DNA of 64,000 nucleotides. It comes from Promethearchaeota archaeon (GTDB taxonomy: Archaea > Asgardarchaeota > Lokiarchaeia > Sigyniarchaeales > SOKP01). The notes beneath the pieces are model-generated. The model was not told the DNA's origin and searched no databases. It saw only the letters and a list, made by a program, of their open reading frames with translations. The stretch spans positions 128,001-192,000 of the forward strand of contig JAEOUA010000006.1 of NCBI GenBank assembly GCA_016839555.1, read 5' to 3'. This document shows positions 59,302 to 64,000 of the stretch, piece after piece. The stretch's first letter is position 1. Every line of letters starts with the position of its first letter. Made by a program: the position numbers and the translations under genes.

Positions 59302-60099
59302 TTGAAAAAAATTCAATCGAATACTTTAATTTCCCCAGAAAAGATAAGAAAAATTGCTCTCTTAGTAAGTGGAGAAGATCCTGATTTAGTTTTACATATT
59401 TTAAATAAGGAATTAGAATTAGAGGAGATTTCAAAATCAAGGGGATTTCATACTTATGATTGCAATTTTAGAGATAAAGATACTCCATTTACTTTAATGA
59501 TCACTGGAATAGGACCATCATGTACTGAAATTGCATTTACCGAATTAGCAATTTGTGGAACAAGAATTTTTTTGAGAGCCGGCACAAGCGGAGGGTTATT
59601 AGATATTATTGAAGTCGGGAATATTGTTATAACTTCAGAAGCATTATGTTATGATGGTGTTAGCAATTTATATCTGAAGAATAAGAAGAAAGTAATTGCC
59701 GACAAGGAAGTAGTAAAAAAAATAGTTAAATCGGCTAAGAATTTAGGTATAAAATATTTAAAGGGGACAACCCTTACGACTTCGGCGTTTTATGCTATGG
59801 GAGCAAAAAAGCAGAATGGAGAAATATTATATGCAGGATACTCTTCTGCTCCTAAGAAATTTACACCTAATGGATTTGAGAAATTAAAGGAAATATTAGA
59901 AAATAAGGAAATTATTAATATAGATATGGAAACTGCAACATTATTAATGCTTTCTGAAATCTATGGAATGAAAGCAGGATCCATAACGGGAATTTCAAAT
60001 AAAATACCCTGGAAAGAGAATGAACAAATTAAATTCACAAATCTGAGTTTAAAAAATTCCTTAATTGTTGCAATAAATACAATTAATTATTTTTATTAA
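59302..60099 (+). CDS. Nucleoside phosphorylase (PNP/UDP family 1)
   Basis: TGIGPS, RAGTSGG, IDMETA motifs. Confidence 0.85.
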   Translation: MKKIQSNTLISPEKIRKIALLVSGEDPDLVLHILNKELELEEISKSRGFHTYDCNFRDKDTPFTLMITGIGPSCTEIAFTELAICGTRIFLRAGTSGGLLDIIEVGNIVITSEALCYDGVSNLYLKNKKKVIADKEVVKKIVKSAKNLGIKYLKGTTLTTSAFYAMGAKKQNGEILYAGYSSAPKKFTPNGFEKLKEILENKEIINIDMETATLLMLSEIYGMKAGSITGISNKIPWKENEQIKFTNLSLKNSLIVAINTINYFY

Positions 60100-60149
60100 A
60101 AATTCATTATAAAATAAGAAGGTGAATAAAAATTTCAAATGAAATTGAA

Positions 60150-61484
60150 GTGAATCTAACAAAATTCACATTTCTTAAACCTTATATAGACAAATGTTTA
60201 AACTATTTAAAAGATAATTGGAGGAAAAATGGTGATTGGGGTTGTCCTGGAGATAATCCAGATTCTGAGAGTAATACTTGGAGTACAGCAAGTATTCTCT
60301 ATTTATTTTTAACCATGGAAACGGTTGGAAAGGAATTTGCTACAAATGCAATAAAATGGCTTTTAAATTGTCAAAATGATAACGGTAGTTTTCCAGTTCT
60401 TAAGAAAAATAAAAATAAAGATAAAGAATTCATAATACCCTCTTCATTTGCTATGTTAACATATTATGTATATCTAAGAAAAAATCCCAATGATGAATTA
60501 AATAAAGAAATCGAGTCAGGTTTTAATAAAGTTCTTAATTATATTCTTGATAACAAAGAAGTAATTAAAACAGAATTGGGTTATGAAATGTATTCATGGC
60601 GTTTTCAAAATATAGAAAAAAAAAGCGGTACTATTGAGACTGCTATTGTTTTAATGCATCTTCATAAAATTTTGGATTATGAATTTAAAGAGGAAAAGAA
60701 AAAAGAAATTATAAAAGTTATAGAAGGGGGAATAAATTGGTTTTTAAATGCATTTAACTCTAAATGGGGTAGAGATCCTAATGATAATAAAAGAAAAGAG
60801 TGTCCAACGGCGTATGTGCTTATGGTTTTAAATGAATGTAATATAAATTCAAATGAAATTAGTGAGGCAATAAATTTCCTTAAAAGTAGACAAAAGAATG
60901 ATGGTTCTTGGGGCCCATATTTTGAATATAAGAAGCAGACAGGAATGGGATTAGGAACTGAAGTAGTAGCATTTTATTTTTCTACTCCTATTATAATTAA
61001 AGCATTATTTTCTAATGATAAGAAAAAATTAGATAACACAAAAATTAAATCTATTGTTTGGTTAATAGAAAACATGAAAAAAGGGTATGTTACTCATGAT
61101 GTAAATCCAGAGATTTTAATATGGACAACTAGAGATTCCATTTTTTCTGCAAGAGTAGTCCAAAGAATTTCAAATATTTCATGGTTAAATAAAATAGCAG
61201 ATAATTATTCTAATTTAGAATATAACAATAAAGAATTAAAAGAAGAAAATGAAAGATATAAAAAGAGGATGATTAATCTTGTAAATGAAGGAATCAAGAA
61301 TAAATATAATCCCCTAATAAATTCCATAATTTTTATCACAACAGTAATGGGATTATTAATAATAACTTTTATAGTTCTAGTATTTCATGAAATGTTTCCA
61401 GCTCAATCAATTCCTTTGTGTTATACAATAGGTATAGCGATAATCTCAATAATTAATAAAATATTATGGGATAAAAAAATATAA
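60150..61484 (+). CDS. Prenyltransferase/squalene-cyclase repeat (alpha/alpha barrel) protein with coiled coil and 2 C-terminal TM helices
   Basis: WLLNCQNDNGSF and FLKSRQKNDGSWG QW-type repeats; hydrophobic C-terminus. Confidence 0.75.
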   Translation: MNLTKFTFLKPYIDKCLNYLKDNWRKNGDWGCPGDNPDSESNTWSTASILYLFLTMETVGKEFATNAIKWLLNCQNDNGSFPVLKKNKNKDKEFIIPSSFAMLTYYVYLRKNPNDELNKEIESGFNKVLNYILDNKEVIKTELGYEMYSWRFQNIEKKSGTIETAIVLMHLHKILDYEFKEEKKKEIIKVIEGGINWFLNAFNSKWGRDPNDNKRKECPTAYVLMVLNECNINSNEISEAINFLKSRQKNDGSWGPYFEYKKQTGMGLGTEVVAFYFSTPIIIKALFSNDKKKLDNTKIKSIVWLIENMKKGYVTHDVNPEILIWTTRDSIFSARVVQRISNISWLNKIADNYSNLEYNNKELKEENERYKKRMINLVNEGIKNKYNPLINSIIFITTVMGLLIITFIVLVFHEMFPAQSIPLCYTIGIAIISIINKILWDKKI

Positions 61485-61822
61485 TAGAATTAAATAAAAA
61501 ATACTATTTTACATTAGATTTAGAAAGTTGGATAAATATATATCATTTTAATAACTACCGATAAATTTAGATCTAAATTATCTTCATAGTCTTTTTAATC
61601 TTTCTTTTTTAATAAAAAATCTATTTCTAAAAAGGTTAAAACCATTTATTGTGAAAGGGAGTGAAATAAGAACAAAAAAGATATAAAATTTTAGATTATA
61701 GTTTAGCGAGCCAATCTTTCAAATTTATAAAAAAAAAGTTATTTTATTTAAGATTCATTAATTTTGAAATGAACTAGGTGACTTAAAAATACAATCAGAA
61801 AATGTATTTTGCTATTAATTCA

Positions 61823-63337
61823 TTATGGAATAGGATTCTCAGCCTCAGGGAGTAAAATGATGAAATTACATCCTTTTGTATGATCTCCCTTTACCCTGTC
61901 TTCCAACCATATTTTACCTTTAAAGAGATCAATAATTCTTTTCACGAGTGACAGCCCTAAGCCCATTCCGTCAAGACTTCTCTTAAAGGAAAAGTCTCCC
62001 TGAAATAAGGTTTCTTTTCTGCTATCCTCAATACCTATCCCGTTATCTATGAATTCCATTTTTATGTAGTGTGTATTTTTTATGTGTTCTCGAGTAATCT
62101 TTATAAGGATCTCTAATGGCATATCTTCATTATGTTTAATTGCATTGAATAAGAGGTTCTCAAACACTTCTCCTAAAAGATCATTAGCATAGGCATACAT
62201 ATATTCCTTTGTAGATTCAATTTTGATGGATAAGTCTCTGTTTTGATAAAGTTTCTTTACTTGTGCGACTTTTTTTTCTAAAAGAGGGTTAATTTCAAAT
62301 TTTTCAGTTATTATTTCTTTATCCTCGAGTTTCGAAAATTTTATTACATTTGAGATCAGTTTTGAACCATTTATAACTTGATTTTCAATTATTTGGAGAG
62401 ATTCCTTGAGTTCCTTAAGTTTATCTGGGGAATTAATAAATCTCTGGCAACTATTAACTCCAATTAAAATGACTTGCAGTATATTATTAATATCGTGGGC
62501 AATTAAATCCATAAGAAAATCAGCTCGATTGTAGGCTTCCTCAAATTTGTTCTTTGATAAGTTGAGTTTTCTAAATAAAAGCTGGACGGGATTTTTAAGA
62601 CCAATCTGAATGATTGCTTTATAAAGAAAATAAAATGCAATGATTTTAAAGATATGACCGATTAAATTGGGGAGTTCATATGCACTTAAATATAAGGTAA
62701 AAGAAAACTCAGATATTATTAAGGCTACGAGAAAGGCATTGATTAAAAAATAAATACTTTTTTTAAACTGTTTTCTGAAATTATGGATTAGAAAAATTGA
62801 AATTATTATGATTACTATTATAATATATTCGCTAATAATTTTAAATGGGGTTAACCCTGCTCCTTCGATAAAAGTATCGGGAAAGACACCAAAGAATATC
62901 ATGCTTATCAAGGCGCTTGTTATTAAAGTATAAATTGCTATTAATATTTTTGGTTTTTGTTTTTTACTGATTGCCCAGATACCTCCCAGTATTGAAAATA
63001 CTTGCAGAAATCTAGCAGCAATCCAAAATTGAGATGCAAGATTAGTATCAGACCCTGCGATAAGGATCATTCCTGGAAAAACTAGTGTATGAATAAAATC
63101 AATGATCGCTACATATATCGAAGAAATACCCAGCACTAAAAAAAAGGAATTATCAATTTCTTTTCGTGTTGTCCAAGCAATCACAAAGATTACGCAAGCT
63201 ATGATTATAGAATAGAACTCGGCGATTGTATGAAAAAGAAGATAATTATGAAGCCGTGTTAAAATAACTCCCATTAGAATTAAACTGACAAGAGCAATCT
63301 CTAAGAAAGCTTTCTTATAAGTGGCAATTTTTCTCAT
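61823..63337 (-). CDS. MASE3-domain sensor histidine kinase
   Basis: NYLLFHTIAEFYSIII, DFIHTL; H-box AHDINN; NLLFNAIKH, DNGIGI, GMGLGL. Confidence 0.92.
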   Translation of the reverse strand: MRKIATYKKAFLEIALVSLILMGVILTRLHNYLLFHTIAEFYSIIIACVIFVIAWTTRKEIDNSFFLVLGISSIYVAIIDFIHTLVFPGMILIAGSDTNLASQFWIAARFLQVFSILGGIWAISKKQKPKILIAIYTLITSALISMIFFGVFPDTFIEGAGLTPFKIISEYIIIVIIIISIFLIHNFRKQFKKSIYFLINAFLVALIISEFSFTLYLSAYELPNLIGHIFKIIAFYFLYKAIIQIGLKNPVQLLFRKLNLSKNKFEEAYNRADFLMDLIAHDINNILQVILIGVNSCQRFINSPDKLKELKESLQIIENQVINGSKLISNVIKFSKLEDKEIITEKFEINPLLEKKVAQVKKLYQNRDLSIKIESTKEYMYAYANDLLGEVFENLLFNAIKHNEDMPLEILIKITREHIKNTHYIKMEFIDNGIGIEDSRKETLFQGDFSFKRSLDGMGLGLSLVKRIIDLFKGKIWLEDRVKGDHTKGCNFIILLPEAENPIP

Positions 63338-63740
63338 TTAAATATTTCTATAAAATGAAAGATAGATTTAATATAGCTCTTTATTATTAAAATTATTAAA
63401 ATATTAAAGTATTATCATATGAAAGTATAATTAAACGGTAGAATCAAGGATGGACAAAAAGGACATAAATAAAATCGAAAAAATAATAAAAGATCGAGAA
63501 AGCGGTAATAAATTCTTTATCTAAATAAGTTTAAATGTATATAGAGCCTTTTTGCCTGTTTTATATTATCAATTTTTTTCTAATTTTCATATTTATTAAA
63601 TTTAACATAAGGAATTTAATTGAGTTTTAACCATATTAAGCAACTTTATATTAAACAAATCTTATGGAGACTAAGAGAAGTAAAAAGATTTGTTTCACTG
63701 TTTATTAATATACTTCACTTGTTAGCAGGGGATACTATAA

Positions 63741-64000
63741 TTATAATAACAGCTCAGCTTTGGATATAGGTTCAGCTTCCTGCCAATAATATTCAAAAAT
63801 TGCTTTTGACCACTCCGTAATATTGGTATCATTTTCAGCGAGCAAGCATTCAGAATAATCAATCTTTTTAGAATCAGAGAAAAACATTAGGACTCTGGAT
63901 TCTGTGATGAGTAGAACTATTTTGAGATCATTCAATTTACGGATGGTTTCAGGAATTCCTGCTTTACTACTTAATTTCTGAAAAACCTCTGGTTTTGGAC
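63741..64000 (-). CDS. C-terminus of an archaeal transcription regulator (DUF1724/TrmB-like effector domain); start lies outside the window
   Basis: Frame is open to the window edge; ...EWSKAIFEYYWQEAEP ending. Confidence 0.6.
   Translation of the reverse strand, partial: PKPEVFQKLSSKAGIPETIRKLNDLKIVLLITESRVLMFFSDSKKIDYSECLLAENDTNITEWSKAIFEYYWQEAEPISKAELLL

Noticed and set aside
60150-61484. Squalene-hopene cyclase / hopanoid pathway
   Set aside because: The protein is too short for the two-barrel enzyme, shows no DxDD motif, and no other hpn genes are present.
1-64000. CRISPR array, tRNA, rRNA or IS element
   Set aside because: No regularly spaced direct repeats, GC-rich structured RNA block or transposase motif was seen by eye; a short element could have been missed.

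Overview
AT-rich archaeal DNA, most likely from an Asgard archaeon (Lokiarchaeia-like). This taxonomy is inferred from LRR remnants, a wHTH-TPR protein, a ubiquitin/UFM1-like domain and a histone-fold gene. Metabolic genes lie at both ends (methyltransferase, sulfatase, MFS transporter; glycosyltransferase, M28 peptidase, MASE3 kinase). Between about 6.9 and 56.7 kb is a large defence/accessory island. It holds: (i) a BREX-like core (BrxA-like, small ATPase, BrxC, PglZ, protease-less BrxL) with no PglX or BrxP, flanked on the left by a radical SAM/SPASM + double DUF2284 + DEDD exonuclease operon and on the right by a DNA methyltransferase-DUF6884-TGT operon; (ii) two restriction-modification modules with four SPPY methyltransferases; (iii) a divergent histone-fold gene; (iv) a ubiquitin-like/Zn-finger fusion heading an operon with a PD-(D/E)xK nuclease and a Schlafen protein; (v) a long prokaryotic Argonaute divergent from a nuclease-SF1 helicase. 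The best candidate for an undescribed system is BREX coupled to TGT (7-deazaguanine-type) DNA modification. No rRNA, tRNA, CRISPR array or transposase was recognised. All family calls come from reading motifs by eye; no database search was run.
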